A stretch of 64,000 nucleotides of DNA from an uncultured delta proteobacterium (lineage in GTDB: Bacteria; Desulfobacterota; Binatia; Bin18). The DNA is taken from NCBI GenBank assembly GCA_963733195.1, contig CAVTCR010000041.1:1-64000 (forward strand), read 5' to 3'. The notes beneath the pieces were generated by a model that searched no databases, was not told the origin of the DNA, and saw only the letters and a list, made by a program, of their open reading frames with translations. Below are positions 10,488 to 22,230 of the stretch, piece by piece; positions within the stretch are counted from its first letter, which is position 1, and the number at the start of each line of letters is the position of its first letter. The translations under genes were made by a program, and so were the position numbers.

Positions 10488-10579
10488 TGTTTCGCGCTTG
10501 TAATCCAAGGGCCAGGACGTGTTCATAGCGGACTTCCCATAGCCCCCGTTGCGGACTCCACCGACCACCCTCGTTGTTT

Positions 10580-10970
10580 CCTAAACTGTCGGAGGGCTGG
10601 AACCTCGACGCCGCGGTTAGGACATGGGTGTAAATATGTCGTACCAGGTCTTGATCAGTAATTCTTTATCGTGTATAGGCAGGTTGGCGATGAGCCAGGT
10701 GCACGCCCTGCACAGCACTGAGTAAGCTACGCACTTCCTGTTGGGTGAGCACAGTGGGAAGCCGCTGAGAATGTTTGGCTGGGACAATGTTATCGAGCCA
10801 GCCCAGCTCCTGCGCTAGCACTTCTCGGTACAAGAAGAGCAGGGCGTGTAACGCCTGGTTCTGTGTGGCCGCGCTGACGTGCCGGTCTACAGCAAGAAAG
10901 GTGAGAAATTGCTCGACTTCTTCTTTCCCCATCTCACGAGACGGTGTGGAGCAACAGCGAAAACGGTAAA
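10580..10970 (-). pseudogene. intI: integron integrase remnant, central catalytic region deleted
   Basis: EMGKEEVEQFLTFLAVDRHVSAATQNQALHALLFLYREVL...RLPTVLTQQEV, then almost directly a degenerate ELL..IYTHVL..SP C-terminus. Confidence 0.85.
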
Positions 10971-11014
10971 CAGGGGATTGGCTACGGCAGGAATGCAGTC
11001 CGCGCTATTTGCCG

Positions 11015-12273
11015 CTACGCTTCAATCAGCGCTTGATAATTCATCTTCTTAGGAATCTCCCCCAGGAGGGTAAGAGCCCGGGATTCATTCCCAAGGCATC
11101 GCGCCGCTAGTCCGTGCACCTCTTCGAGAGTCACGCGTTCGACATCCGCAGCAACCTCAGCAATAGGAATATCGCGACGGAAATAAATCTCACACCGCGC
11201 CAATCGATTCATGCGTGATTCACTCGTCTCGAGGCCGAGCAATAACCCGCCTTTGGCGTGGCCTTTGGCGCGACGAAGCTCCTCTGCAGAGATTCCCTCT
11301 CTCGCAATGTCACGTAAAATCGCACACGATAGCTCAACAACTTGCGGCTATCGATTCAGCACTGGTGGCAGCGTACACGCCAAGATAGCCAGAGTCGCGA
11401 TAGCTGGAGAGAAATGAAGTCACGTCATACACCAATCCACGACGTTCACGAATTTCCTGGAAAGAGCCGAGAACTCATGCCGCCACCAAGCGCAGTATGT
11501 AACAAATAGGCGGCATACCACTCAGTGTCGTGCACCGACACACAGGGGATGCCTAAGCAAAGATGGGTTTGTTCAAGATCACGCGGATAGCGATAGATCC
11601 CAGGATGTGAGACTGGAGGAACCTCGTCGATGCGGATCGCTTTTCCGTGCAGCCGGGTAAGCGATGGAGCAACGAGGTCCTCAAGTTGTGCGTGCGGAGC
11701 GCTCCCCGCCATCGCCACAAAGATACGATCCGGACGATAGCGTTGGTCAAGGTAGCGGAGAAAATCACTTCGCTGAAAACGAGAAACTGCCTCCGCGGTG
11801 CCAGAAATAGGACGGCCCAGCGGATGCTCAGGCCAAAAGTCGAGATGGAACAAGTCGTGAATCAGATCGTCTGGTGTGTCCTCGACTTGCGCAATCTCTT
11901 GGCAGATGACCGAACGCTCACGTTCGATTTCTTCTTCAGCAAACTGTGACTGAAGGAAAACATCCGTCAGTAAATCGAGTGCCAGCGGTAAGTGTTCCGT
12001 CAGCACTTTGGCGTAGTAGCAAGTGTATTCTTTGGAGGTAAAGGCATCGAGCACACCGCCAACCGCATCGATTTCCTCAGCGATGTCGGCGGCAGTGCGC
12101 CGCTGGGTACCTTTAAAGAAGAGATGCTCAAGAAAATGGGCGATGCCGTTTTCTTCTGGTCTTTCGTCACGCGAGCCGTTCTCGACCCAGATCCCCACGG
12201 TTACCGAGGGTGAACCTGTCATTTCTTCTGATAACAGGCGCACTCCATTGTCGAGTACCGTGCGGTGGGTCAT
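11015..12273 (-). CDS. M16 family zinc metallopeptidase (frameshifted)
   Basis: HFLEH motif, NA/DAFTSKEYT, LGGGMSSRLF; typical position after pnp. Confidence 0.9.
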
Positions 12274-12277
12274 CTCT

Positions 12278-14380
12278 CTAGCTTTCGCTCGCTGCGCTTT
12301 CTGCCTGCATCGCTTCGCGGTGACTGAGACGAATCTTGCCCTGGCGATCAATTTCCAGGACCTTCACCATGATTTCGTCTCCCTCTTCTACGACATCCGT
12401 TACTTTGCGAATGCGTCCGCCACCGCCAAGCTGAGAAATATGCACGAGACCATCTGTTCCTGGCAGGATTTCCACAAACGCACCGAAATCGACCACCTTA
12501 CGCACAGTGCCTTTGTAAATCTTGCCGATTTCGGCTTCTGCAGTCACCCGATTAATCTTATCCACTGCCTTGCTCATTGAATCGCCATCGGCAGAAGCGA
12601 CATACACGGTCCCATCGTCTTCGACGTCGATCTTCACTCCGGTTTCTTCGATGATCGAGCGAATCATCTTCCCACCTGGGCCGATGAGGTCACGGATTTT
12701 GTCTGGTCTTACTTTTAAGGTCAGAATCCGTGGTGCATGTTCCGACGCCTCTAAACGCGGCTCAGCTAACACCTTGGTCATTTGCTCAAGAATAAACAGC
12801 CGGCCCTCGCGCGCTTGATAGAGCGCTTGCTGCATAATCTCTTTGGTGACTCCGGCAATCTTGATATCCATTTGCAGCGCCGTGATTCCGCCTGCAGTGC
12901 CAGCGACTTTGAAATCCATGTCGCCAAGGTGGTCTTCATCTCCCAAGATATCACTCAAGATACGAACCTCTTCGCCTTCCTTGATAAGCCCCATGGCAAT
13001 CCCTGCCACCGGAGCTTTGATCGGTACGCCTGCGTCCATCAACGAGAGCGTACCACCACACACGGTTGCCATCGAAGAAGAACCATTCGATTCCAATACC
13101 TCCGCCACCACACGAATGGTGTAAGGAAATTCGCTTCCTTCCGGCATAACGGCTTGTACTGCACGTTCCGCTAATGCACCGTGACCAATCTCACGTCGCC
13201 CAGGACCACGCAGCGGCCGCGCTTCACCAACACTGAATGGCGGAAAGTTGTAATGCAGCATGAACCGCTTAAACTGCTCGCCAATTAAGGCGTCTACTTT
13301 CTGCTCATCCGAAGACGTGCCGAGCGTCGCAATAACTAAAGCCTGGGTTTCACCGCGTGTGAATAGTGCCGAGCCATGGGTACGGGGCAGTACGCCAACT
13401 TCACAGGTAATCGGACGGATGTCGGTCAGTCCACGTCCATCAACGCGGCGACTCTCACGGATCACCAACGTGCGCAGTGTTTCACTTTCCAGTTCTTCGA
13501 GCGCAGCACCCACTTCTTTCTCACGTCCGACGTAGTCTTCTGCAAGTGCAGTCTTCACTTCCTTTTTGACCCCAGCAACAGCGTCGTAACGCTCGTGCTT
13601 GCCGGTCACGGTCAGGGCTGTACGAATTTTCTCTGCGGCAAGCGTACGAACTCGGCTGGCCAGAGTCGTATCGGCAGGAACCGCGACAAACTCTCGCTTG
13701 GGTTTCCCAGCAATTCGGGCAAGCTCATCCTGTGCATCGAGAATCGGTTTGATCGCATCCTGCGCGAGGAATAAAGCTTCAAGCATGTCTTCTTCAGAGG
13801 CTGCCTTCGCGCCGCCTTCGACCATGATAATCGCATCCCGCCCCGCAGCGACAAAGAGATTAATATCGCTCTGATCAAACTGGCTCTGTAAAGGATTCAC
13901 TGTGAGTGCGCCGCGAAGGCGACCGATGCGTACACCGGCGATCGGCCCACGAAACGGGATATCGGAGACTTGTAACGCCGCAGATGCGCCAATCATCGCC
14001 ACAGTATCAGCATCGTTCTCTCGATCTACCGAAAGCACCGACGCCACCACCTGTGTTTCACAGAAAAATCCATCCGGAAAAAGTGGACGCAGTGCACGAT
14101 CAACAAGGCGAGAGGTCAGAATCTCTCGCTCCGGCGGACGTCCTTCGCGTTTGAAGAACCCACCGGGAATCTTTCCTGCGGCATAGGTACGTTCCTGATA
14201 GTCAACAGTCAAGGGAAAGAAATCGGTTCCTTCCCGAGGAGAACTGGATGCAACGACGGTAACGAGAACGACGGTTTCACCGTACGATACAACTGCTGCG
14301 CCCCCGGCCTGTTTCGCCATACGACCAGTCTCAATCGACAACGGTCGCCCGTAAAATTCCATTTCAATCTTTTTATACAT
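12278..14380 (-). CDS. pnp: polyribonucleotide nucleotidyltransferase
   Basis: [37 protein letters not shown] and S1 domains. Confidence 0.99.
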   Translation of the reverse strand: MYKKIEMEFYGRPLSIETGRMAKQAGGAAVVSYGETVVLVTVVASSSPREGTDFFPLTVDYQERTYAAGKIPGGFFKREGRPPEREILTSRLVDRALRPLFPDGFFCETQVVASVLSVDRENDADTVAMIGASAALQVSDIPFRGPIAGVRIGRLRGALTVNPLQSQFDQSDINLFVAAGRDAIIMVEGGAKAASEEDMLEALFLAQDAIKPILDAQDELARIAGKPKREFVAVPADTTLASRVRTLAAEKIRTALTVTGKHERYDAVAGVKKEVKTALAEDYVGREKEVGAALEELESETLRTLVIRESRRVDGRGLTDIRPITCEVGVLPRTHGSALFTRGETQALVIATLGTSSDEQKVDALIGEQFKRFMLHYNFPPFSVGEARPLRGPGRREIGHGALAERAVQAVMPEGSEFPYTIRVVAEVLESNGSSSMATVCGGTLSLMDAGVPIKAPVAGIAMGLIKEGEEVRILSDILGDEDHLGDMDFKVAGTAGGITALQMDIKIAGVTKEIMQQALYQAREGRLFILEQMTKVLAEPRLEASEHAPRILTLKVRPDKIRDLIGPGGKMIRSIIEETGVKIDVEDDGTVYVASADGDSMSKAVDKINRVTAEAEIGKIYKGTVRKVVDFGAFVEILPGTDGLVHISQLGGGGRIRKVTDVVEEGDEIMVKVLEIDRQGKIRLSHREAMQAESAASES

Positions 14381-14452
14381 GTGTACACTACCCCCTTACG
14401 CTCGTCGGAGCGTTCCCAGGGAATTATTATATATCAATTTGAAGCGGCGTGC

Positions 14453-14725
14453 TTAACGACGAAGCCCTAGGCGTTCAATCAGCGTGCGGTATCGCGCGTG
14501 ATCAATCCCACGTAAGTAGTCGAGAAGACGACGGCGTTGTCCAACCATTTTGAGAAGACCACGGCGAGAGAGGTGGTCCTTGGCGTGGGCTTTGAAGTGG
14601 CCTGTCAATTGCTCAATTCGTTTGGTGAGGATTGCGACTTGAACTTCGGGTGATCCCGTATCCGTACTGTGGCGCTGGAACTGCCCGATGGCTTCGGTTT
14701 TGCGCCCTGCCTCCTGCATGCTCAT
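14453..14725 (-). CDS. rpsO: 30S ribosomal protein S15
   Basis: [33 protein letters not shown]. Confidence 0.99.
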   Translation of the reverse strand: MSMQEAGRKTEAIGQFQRHSTDTGSPEVQVAILTKRIEQLTGHFKAHAKDHLSRRGLLKMVGQRRRLLDYLRGIDHARYRTLIERLGLRR

Positions 14726-14734
14726 TCTTTCTCC

Positions 14735-15670
14735 TTATATTTTGTCTTCTGTTCCTCTTAACATGCCGCCTCGTAACTGTAAAGTTGAGAAAACACGGAG
14801 CAATTTCCATTCTCCGTGGTCATGCCGCACCATGGCCACTAGCTCACCCTCCGGACCAAGGAGTTGTACGATCTCATCGGTCGTTGCTTCTTGAGCAATC
14901 TCGCGGAGCGCCTCTTGTCGCCCCTGGCACAGCATGACCGCGATCCGCTCCGTTATCTCAACAGCACGATAGTGTCGAAGCGCCTGTTCAAGCGACAGCA
15001 CGGGAAGCGTTCTTTGTTCCCAACGGGTAGCTAAGAGGGATAATGAAAGAGCCTGATCAACTAAAAATGGGCCAAATTCGGTGCGTCGTAAGGTCGCAAG
15101 ATGTGCTCCACAGCCAAGAGTAGCCCCAAGATCCGCTGCTAACGATCGAACATATGTCCCTTTTGAGCATCCGAGCGAAAAGCTGAGAGTATCAGTCCCA
15201 GTCGCCTTCAAGGTCAATCGTTCGATCGTGACCTTGCGTGGCTCTCGGTCAATCTCTATCCCTTGGCGAGCCAATTTATAGAGTGGGACTCCTTTGCGCT
15301 TAATCGCAGAATACATGGGTGGGATCTGCCATTGCTCACCAATAAATTGTGCTTCCAGTTTCCTGAGTGTATTCTCGTCACTCAGCGGAACTGGTGACAT
15401 CTTGATGACCGTCCCGGTGCTGTCAAAGGTATCGGTTTCGACCCCAAGGCGGATGGTGCCGCTATACGCCTTTCGTTCCACCATTAGGAATTGGGAAATT
15501 TTTGTTCCTGTGCCTAGACAGATAGGTAAGAGGCCACTGGCAAACGGGTCAAGGGTGCCTAGATGACCGACTTTTTCCTCAGCCAGTATGTGTTTTACCG
15601 CCCGCACGACAGCCGCTGAGGTCATGCCTTCAGGCTTGTCGATCAGCAAAATCCCATTGACGGCTGGCAC
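14735..15670 (-). CDS. truB: tRNA pseudouridine(55) synthase
   Basis: KVGHLGTLDP, PPMYSAIK, CSKGTYVRSL. Confidence 0.98.
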   Translation of the reverse strand: MPAVNGILLIDKPEGMTSAAVVRAVKHILAEEKVGHLGTLDPFASGLLPICLGTGTKISQFLMVERKAYSGTIRLGVETDTFDSTGTVIKMSPVPLSDENTLRKLEAQFIGEQWQIPPMYSAIKRKGVPLYKLARQGIEIDREPRKVTIERLTLKATGTDTLSFSLGCSKGTYVRSLAADLGATLGCGAHLATLRRTEFGPFLVDQALSLSLLATRWEQRTLPVLSLEQALRHYRAVEITERIAVMLCQGRQEALREIAQEATTDEIVQLLGPEGELVAMVRHDHGEWKLLRVFSTLQLRGGMLRGTEDKI

Positions 15671-16017
15671 TACGACTCTTTCTGTTCTACCTGTCGTAGA
15701 AGACTTTCCAGGCGGTTTGCTTTCTCCAAAGTTTCATCAACCAAGAAGCGCAACTCTGGCGTATGACGAAGACGGAGACGTCCGGAGACTTGCCGTTTGA
15801 TATAACCCGACGCACTGCGAAGCCCCTCCAACGCTGGCTCTCGATCTTCCGGACGAAAGGTGGAGAAATACACCTTGGCCAACTTCAGATCAGGACCGAT
15901 CGTCACTGCCGTGAGAGTGACGTTATGGGTGCGAGGGTCCTTCACCTCGCGGAGGAGGATCTCAGCGATCGCTTCAAGCATCAAGCTGTTAATACGTTCA
16001 GGACGACGAGAAGGCAT
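15670..16017 (-). CDS. rbfA: ribosome-binding factor A
   Basis: DLKLAKVY, RLRHTPELRF. Confidence 0.97.
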   Translation of the reverse strand: MPSRRPERINSLMLEAIAEILLREVKDPRTHNVTLTAVTIGPDLKLAKVYFSTFRPEDREPALEGLRSASGYIKRQVSGRLRLRHTPELRFLVDETLEKANRLESLLRQVEQKES

Positions 16018-16097
16018 GAGAAAGTTTCACGTTTCGAGTTTCAAGCAGAGTAGAGTCGCTCCGGCGCGGGGCTCTACAAAAAATTCTAGGAACCACG

Positions 16098-16385
16098 CTA
16101 GTAGTGCAAAAACTCGACCTCTTCTCCCCCGACTTGGGCAAGATGTAAATTCTCGATAAATCGGACTGCAGCCTGCAAAGCCCCACTAATGTAGGCTTGG
16201 TCGTTGCCTACCTGACAAAGTCCGAGTTGGGTTTTTTGCCACAGGTCTTGATCACCACACTCGGCAATCGATACGTTGAATTCGTTGCGGACACGAGCTT
16301 TGATCTTCCGTAGGATTGCCCGTTTTTCTTTCAACGAATGGCTCTCGTCGAGATACAGCGTGAGTCGCAGTACCCCGACCACCAT
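16098..16385 (-). CDS. DUF503 (YlxP-like) protein
   Basis: SHSLKEKRAIL...FNVSIAE...QDLWQ; between infB and rbfA. Confidence 0.92.
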   Translation of the reverse strand: MVVGVLRLTLYLDESHSLKEKRAILRKIKARVRNEFNVSIAECGDQDLWQKTQLGLCQVGNDQAYISGALQAAVRFIENLHLAQVGGEEVEFLHY

Positions 16386-16430
16386 CCTCCCACCTTCTTC
16401 AAAGCTCGATTCACTCACTGCTTTTCGAAT

Positions 16431-19406
16431 CTACTGCGCTCGCGGCTCTAAGCGGCGCAATACTTGTTCCATTTCATAGGCTTCAATCAAATCTCCAGCT
16501 AGCGGCTCTTTGAAGTTTTCCAGCAGTACGCCACATTCCATACCAGATATCACTTCACGGACGTCATCTTTGAAGCGCCGCAGACTGCCGATCTTTCCTT
16601 CGTAGACCACTTGGCGGTTACGGATTACGCGTGCTTGTGCTCCCCGTGTCAGTCGCCCTTCATTCACCGCACATCCTGCCGCCAAGCCTAAGTGAGACAC
16701 CGGAAAAACTTGTCGTACTTCGGCTTTCCCAAGGGGTTTTTCACGGAAGGTCGGAGCTAACATGCCTTCCAACGCCGCACGTACATCTTCGATGACTTCG
16801 TAGATAATGTTGTAAAGGCGGACTTCGACCCCTTCTCGCTCAGCAAGCTGCATTGCCTTACTTTCGGCACGCACATTGAACCCGATAATGATCCCTTTCG
16901 AAGCAGAGGCAAGCAAGACGTCCGACTCTGAGATCCCACCAACCGAAGTATGAAGAATAACCAGTTTGACTTCGTTATTCGACAGCCGATTCAGTGAATC
17001 ACTCACAGCCTCAGCAGAGCCTTGCACATCGGCCTTGACGATAGCCCGTAATTCCTTGACCTCCCCAGCTTGAGCTTGTTGGTAAAATTCTTCTAACGTA
17101 CTGCGCGTGTTACTCTTGGACAGTTCGGTTTCCCGCTTCTTGGAGCGCCGATGCTCAGCCACTTGTCGTGCCGAAGCTTCATCTTCTAGTGCCGTGAAAC
17201 GGTCGCCAGCCTCAGGCACCCCATTCAGACCAAGTATTTCCACAGGGACGGATGGAGTCGCTTTCTCAATCTTATTTCCCCAACTGTCAATCATCGCACG
17301 GATACGACCATACTCAGTTCCACAGACAAAAGGGTCACCAGTTTTCAGGATCCCTTCTTGTACCAAGACCGTTGCCACCGGACCTCGCCCACGATCCAAT
17401 TTTGCTTCAACAATCGTACCTCGCGCTAACTTGTCAGGGTGTGCACGAAGATCCATGACATCAGCCTGGAGCAAGATCATCTCTAAAAGATGAGGAATCC
17501 CATCACCAGTTTTCGCTGAGACTGGAGCAAAGATTGCATCTCCGCCAAGCTCTTCCGAGATAATGCCATGGTTCAGCAGCTCACGTTTGACACGCTCCAA
17601 ATCAGCGCCAGGTTTGTCGATCTTATTGACCGCAACAATGATCGGCACCTTTGCCGCTCGTGCATGATTGATAGCCTCCACAGTCTGCGGCATGACGCCA
17701 TCATCAGCGGCAACTACTAAAGTGACAATGTCCGTCACCTCAGCTCCGCGGGCACGCATCGCAGTGAACGCTTCATGTCCCGGCGTATCAAGAAACGTCA
17801 CACTACGGCCGTCCACTTTCACACTATAGGCACCGATATGCTGGGTGATCCCACCATGCTCCTGAGCAGTCACATTGGTTTGACGGACGGCGTCGAGGAG
17901 TGAAGTCTTGCCATGATCAACATGGCCCATGATGGTGACCACCGGCGGACGCAGTTCAAGTCGCCCTTCGTCGGCGTGCTCTTCATGACCAACTTCCAGA
18001 GCCGACTCAACATTGAAAGCAACATTCTCGACCGTATGATCGAAGTCGGCAGCAATCAGTGACGCGGTATCGAGATCAAGCGTTTGGTTAATGGTTGCCA
18101 TCACCCCAAGGCTCATCAGCTTCTTAATGACCTCACCTGCTTTGACGCCCATGTTTCGGGCGAGATCACCAACGGTGACAACTTCTGAAATGCGCACAAC
18201 ACGTTTACTCGCCTTTGGAACCGTAATCTCAGTTTGTCGCTGCTCTTTTCCCAGGATCGCTTTCTTCTTCCTGTTCCCGCGCGCAGAACGAAGATCCCGC
18301 TCTTGCGTCTCACTCTGCTCCGGACTGCGAATCACTTTCCGCTTCTTCGGTCGACGCCCAGCTGCACCAGCATTTGCAGCCTCTGCCCCGACTCCCCCAG
18401 GGGTGACTCCATCTCGCGATGGTTCTCGGGTCGCCGGGACAGCCGGTTGAGCGGTCGGTGGCCGACCAGGAGCTGACGCTGGAGGTCGGGTAGGTCTCAC
18501 GTCAGGTCTCGGTCGTGGTTCCGGTGAGAGTTTTCCCAGATCAATACGGCCTAGGACACGGTTAGGACGTGGAGGTTCTTCTTTCAGGGCAGGAGAGGTA
18601 GCAGTCCCAGCAGTCACTCCGAGAGAAACTCTCGAGGGAGATGCCATCGTTCCACCTGGCGAGACAGGGGATTTTGGTACCACAGGAGGTCGTTCTTGCG
18701 AGGGCATCGAGGCATCTCTCGCAATCACTGGTGGTACCGAAAGGCTCGACGTCGGGGTGTCCTGCCTGTTCACTGACGAGTCTTTTTTTACTGGGATTGT
18801 CTCCTCGCTCACTTCAACCGGAACAGGCGAGCGGAGCCTATCAGTCTCGGGAAGAGACGAGTCGGGTTTCTCCACTTGAGATCGGACGGCAACGGGTTGA
18901 GGTACAGACGCAGCTTCTGAGTGTTCCGGAAGTGAGGCAACAGGAATCGACGGCGCAGGCTCGACTTCAGGGATTTCAAAGGCGAGCGGGAGCGGTGGGG
19001 GAGCAGCAAAAGGTGAGTCTAGCGTGGGCAACGAAGGCAGGTCCGAGGCTGGGACCGGAGGTGCACTCACGTCATCTTCGTGGAACACTTCGACGCGTTT
19101 CGCTCGCCGGCGAATGACACCTTGACTGATGCGGCTTTCGCGGATTTCTTCTCGGGCGGTCACTACTTGTTCGTTTTGCTGATCGAGCTCAGTAACGACT
19201 CGCTCCCCAATAATCTTCTCTTCACCTAACACCAGCGCCGAAGTATCTGGGAGCGCTGGTCCCGGACGAACAAGTGCAATCTCTTCATCCGTAAGCGTAC
19301 TCTGCGCTCTTTTTCCTTGGACCCCGAGTTCTTCGAGTTTGCTCAGTAAATACCGGGTGTCCATCCCCCATTCTTTGGCTAGTTCATGAATACGTTTTCG
19401 TGGCAT
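16431..19406 (-). CDS. infB: translation initiation factor IF-2
   Basis: [39 protein letters not shown]. Confidence 0.99.
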   Translation of the reverse strand: MPRKRIHELAKEWGMDTRYLLSKLEELGVQGKRAQSTLTDEEIALVRPGPALPDTSALVLGEEKIIGERVVTELDQQNEQVVTAREEIRESRISQGVIRRRAKRVEVFHEDDVSAPPVPASDLPSLPTLDSPFAAPPPLPLAFEIPEVEPAPSIPVASLPEHSEAASVPQPVAVRSQVEKPDSSLPETDRLRSPVPVEVSEETIPVKKDSSVNRQDTPTSSLSVPPVIARDASMPSQERPPVVPKSPVSPGGTMASPSRVSLGVTAGTATSPALKEEPPRPNRVLGRIDLGKLSPEPRPRPDVRPTRPPASAPGRPPTAQPAVPATREPSRDGVTPGGVGAEAANAGAAGRRPKKRKVIRSPEQSETQERDLRSARGNRKKKAILGKEQRQTEITVPKASKRVVRISEVVTVGDLARNMGVKAGEVIKKLMSLGVMATINQTLDLDTASLIAADFDHTVENVAFNVESALEVGHEEHADEGRLELRPPVVTIMGHVDHGKTSLLDAVRQTNVTAQEHGGITQHIGAYSVKVDGRSVTFLDTPGHEAFTAMRARGAEVTDIVTLVVAADDGVMPQTVEAINHARAAKVPIIVAVNKIDKPGADLERVKRELLNHGIISEELGGDAIFAPVSAKTGDGIPHLLEMILLQADVMDLRAHPDKLARGTIVEAKLDRGRGPVATVLVQEGILKTGDPFVCGTEYGRIRAMIDSWGNKIEKATPSVPVEILGLNGVPEAGDRFTALEDEASARQVAEHRRSKKRETELSKSNTRSTLEEFYQQAQAGEVKELRAIVKADVQGSAEAVSDSLNRLSNNEVKLVILHTSVGGISESDVLLASASKGIIIGFNVRAESKAMQLAEREGVEVRLYNIIYEVIEDVRAALEGMLAPTFREKPLGKAEVRQVFPVSHLGLAAGCAVNEGRLTRGAQARVIRNRQVVYEGKIGSLRRFKDDVREVISGMECGVLLENFKEPLAGDLIEAYEMEQVLRRLEPRAQ

Positions 19407-19415
19407 ACAACCTCA

Positions 19416-19694
19416 TTACTTCTCTACCCACTGTGTCACTCGCTGTTCGACCAGTGCTGCATACTGCTTCCGCGCGTCACGCGACAATACGACACCAAGG
19501 GAACGGACCATCCCAGTTCGGGCCGAGGCAAACGCCTGCACACACTGTTGCCGTCGATGCAGGTATCCTCCTCGTCCTTTTCCCGCTCCTAGTATCAGTG
19601 TCCCCTCCAGGCTCAGGGTAAAGCGGATCAGGTGCGACTGCTCATCCCGACCTCCGCAACCAATACATAAACGAATGGGAGCCGTTGGTTTCAC
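19416..19694 (-). CDS. ylxR: YlxR/DUF448 RNA-binding protein
   Basis: PIRLCIGC, GRGGYLH; between nusA and infB. Confidence 0.88.
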   Translation of the reverse strand: MKPTAPIRLCIGCGGRDEQSHLIRFTLSLEGTLILGAGKGRGGYLHRRQQCVQAFASARTGMVRSLGVVLSRDARKQYAALVEQRVTQWVEK

Positions 19695-20995
19695 TATTCG
19701 TCTCGTGTTACCTCTGGTGCTTCTGCCGCTTCCACTACCTTTGCCGCTGCAGTTGCGGCTTTTTCCGCGACATGGTCACGGGCCGCCTGAAGGATCGCAT
19801 TCGCTTTCTCTTCTCCAATTCCCTCGACTTCAAGTAATACATCTAAATCGGCTGTGGCAACCTCTTCAGCCGATTTGAATCCCTGTTGATAAAGGAGCTC
19901 AGCGGTCATATCGCCAATGCCAGCCACTGCGGTAAGCGATACGAGCGCCTGCGAGTGCTCCAGTTCAGACTCCGACTCTGACCGCACCTGGAGCTGCCAG
20001 TTAGTCAATTTTGAAGCAAGTTTGACGTTCTGTCCCTTCTTCCCAATCGCCAAAGACAGTTGGTCGTCAGGAACGATCACTTCCATTGTGCGTTCTTCGT
20101 CATCCTGAATGATTTTGGAGACTTTTGCCGGTAACAGCGCCCGGCAGACAAACTCAGCAGGGTCCGCAGTCCAAGGAACAATATCGACACGTTCGCCACG
20201 GAGTTCTTGGACAACCGCCTGCACTCGAGTGCCCTTCATTCCAACACACGCCCCCACAGGATCCACATCCGGGTCGGTTGAATGCACCGCGATTTTCGCC
20301 CGGTTCCCAGGTTCACGGGCCGCGTGCTTAATTTCAACAATCCCTTCATACACTTCAGGAGCTTCTTGTTCAAAAAGTTTGATGAGAAATCCTGGATGGG
20401 TCCGTGACAGAACAATCTGCGGACCTTTGTTCGACATATCGACGTCCAGCACATAGGCCCGAATACGATCGCCTTGTCGATACCGCTCCCACGGAATTTG
20501 CTCTTTTTCCGGGAGTACAGCATCGGTTCGACCGAGGTTCACAATGATGTTTTTCTTCTCAATCCGTTGAACAATCCCCGAATAGATTTCGCCTTTGCGG
20601 TTCTTGAACTCGTTGTAGATCTGCTCGCGTTCAGCCTCGCGCACTTTTTGTATCACACTCTGTTTTGCAACTTGCGCGGCAATACGACCAAATGAAGCTG
20701 ACGGCAGTTTACTGAGTAGCTCGTCGCCGATCTGAGCTTCCGGGTCGAGATCAGCACGCGCGATTTTCAGCGACACCTCAGTGTCTGCGTTCGCGACATC
20801 CTCCACAACTGTTTTGATTTCGAATAGCTCGATCTCACCGATATCAGGGTTGAACTTGGCTTCGATTTGCTTCTGGCCAAAGGTGCGCCGAGCTGCCGAG
20901 AGCATGGCGCTCTCAAGGGCCTCAATGATGACGCCCCGGTCCATCCCTTTCTCTTTACTTACCTGATCGATTACCCGGTTGAGGTCTTGCTGCAT
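19694..20995 (-). CDS. nusA: transcription termination factor NusA
   Basis: FGRIAAQ, AREPGNRAKIAV, DPVGACVG, SLAIGKKGQNV. Confidence 0.99.
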   Translation of the reverse strand: MQQDLNRVIDQVSKEKGMDRGVIIEALESAMLSAARRTFGQKQIEAKFNPDIGEIELFEIKTVVEDVANADTEVSLKIARADLDPEAQIGDELLSKLPSASFGRIAAQVAKQSVIQKVREAEREQIYNEFKNRKGEIYSGIVQRIEKKNIIVNLGRTDAVLPEKEQIPWERYRQGDRIRAYVLDVDMSNKGPQIVLSRTHPGFLIKLFEQEAPEVYEGIVEIKHAAREPGNRAKIAVHSTDPDVDPVGACVGMKGTRVQAVVQELRGERVDIVPWTADPAEFVCRALLPAKVSKIIQDDEERTMEVIVPDDQLSLAIGKKGQNVKLASKLTNWQLQVRSESESELEHSQALVSLTAVAGIGDMTAELLYQQGFKSAEEVATADLDVLLEVEGIGEEKANAILQAARDHVAEKAATAAAKVVEAAEAPEVTRDE

Positions 20996-21010
20996 GCTCT
21001 TCCTCCTCAA

Positions 21011-21520
21011 TCAATGCGGTCGCCTTTTGTTCTTGTGTTGCTGTGGAGCTGGAAACTCATGCTCGTTCGTTGCTTTACGAATGCTCCCCCACGCCATCTG
21101 AACCTCGCCCGCAAGATCGTCTACTAGCAAAATTCCATCGTCTGTCACTGCGCGCAGCGTCCCTAAAAATGTCCGTCTCCCTTGTTGTTCGAGACGTGTT
21201 TGTACGCGGATACGGCTGCCTTCATAGCGGCGGTAGTGTGTAGGATGCAAGAGTGAACGGGTAATCCCAGGGGACGAGATCTCCAATGTATAACGCCATG
21301 GAATAGGATCGTGCGCATCAAGCAGATCATTCAGTTGTCGATGGACGCGGGTCAATTCATCGAGAGTAACTCCTCCGTTACGGTCGAGCGCAAGGCGTAA
21401 CACCCACCGACCAGCTTCCGGACGGAAGTCTACCCCCCAAATTTCCATGCCCTCCTCTGCAACAATTGGAGTGGCGAGGGCTTCCACTCGCTGCACTATG
21501 TCTTCAACCTCAGCTCGCAT
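21011..21520 (-). CDS. rimP: ribosome maturation factor RimP
   Basis: YTLEISSPGITR; upstream of nusA. Confidence 0.95.
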   Translation of the reverse strand: MRAEVEDIVQRVEALATPIVAEEGMEIWGVDFRPEAGRWVLRLALDRNGGVTLDELTRVHRQLNDLLDAHDPIPWRYTLEISSPGITRSLLHPTHYRRYEGSRIRVQTRLEQQGRRTFLGTLRAVTDDGILLVDDLAGEVQMAWGSIRKATNEHEFPAPQQHKNKRRPH

Positions 21521-21525
21521 TCTGG

Positions 21526-21553
21526 AAAAAAAAAGTGGGCGAACCGCCCACTC
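21526..21553 (-). promoter_or_regulatory. rimP leader terminator/attenuator hairpin
   Basis: GAGTGGGCGGTTCGCCCAC followed by a T run immediately before the rimP start. Confidence 0.75.
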
Positions 21554-21612
21554 TTCTCACTACCTCAGTAAAATTAGACAATTCCGCGCCAGTGTGCAAG
21601 GGGCCTGCTTGC

Positions 21613-22107
21613 TTAGCCCTTTCCAGCACCGTTCTCTGTCGTCAGGTCATGAAGCGTCAGCAACTGGATGATCTCGTACGTCCGCTTCCCTTGTGGGGTA
21701 GTTACTTCCACCTCGTCTCCCACTTCTTTGCGTAAGAGCGCCTGACCGATCGGAGAGCTGAGCGACACATGCCCTGCTCCAGGATCAACTTCTTCCGGGA
21801 AAACAACCTGGTATTCTAAAACCTCTCCGTCATTTATGTCCTCAAGTTTGACTCGACTTCCATAGGCGATTCGATCACGTGGAATGCTGGAAAAATCGTA
21901 GAGGACGAGCTGGCGAAGTCGCTCCTCAAGCTGAGCCACGCGAGCACGGACAAAATCTTGCCGCGAGCGAGCAGATTCGTATTCTGCGTTTTCACTCAGA
22001 TCACCTTGGGCCGCTGCCTCTTGTAAATCCTTGGGAATTTTCACCTGCAGTTCGTGCCGTAACTCGTCAACTTCTTGTCTTAATCTCTTGACGATGGGGA
22101 GATCCAT
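21613..22107 (-). CDS. greA: transcription elongation factor GreA/GreB family
   Basis: GDLSENAEYESAR, SSPIGQALL. Confidence 0.9.
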   Translation of the reverse strand: MDLPIVKRLRQEVDELRHELQVKIPKDLQEAAAQGDLSENAEYESARSRQDFVRARVAQLEERLRQLVLYDFSSIPRDRIAYGSRVKLEDINDGEVLEYQVVFPEEVDPGAGHVSLSSPIGQALLRKEVGDEVEVTTPQGKRTYEIIQLLTLHDLTTENGAGKG

Positions 22108-22163
22108 AATATTTCTCTCTTGTTCCTATCTAATCCTCAGGCGGTAACACGCATAGAAGCACT

Positions 22164-22195
22164 GCGGGGGTTGGTTTTCATAAACCAGCCCCCGC
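22164..22195 (-). terminator. hairpin after the thiolase gene
   Basis: GCGGGGGTTGGTTT-TCAT-AAACCAGCCCCCGC; weak U tract. Confidence 0.4.
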
Positions 22196-22230
22196 TCACG
22201 CTGTGTTAGGAAAAATAACTCTTCTTGAGT

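Noticed and set aside
18300-19100. Long Pro/Ser-rich stretch in infB as an insertion
   Set aside because: Variable low-complexity N-terminal linkers are normal in IF-2.
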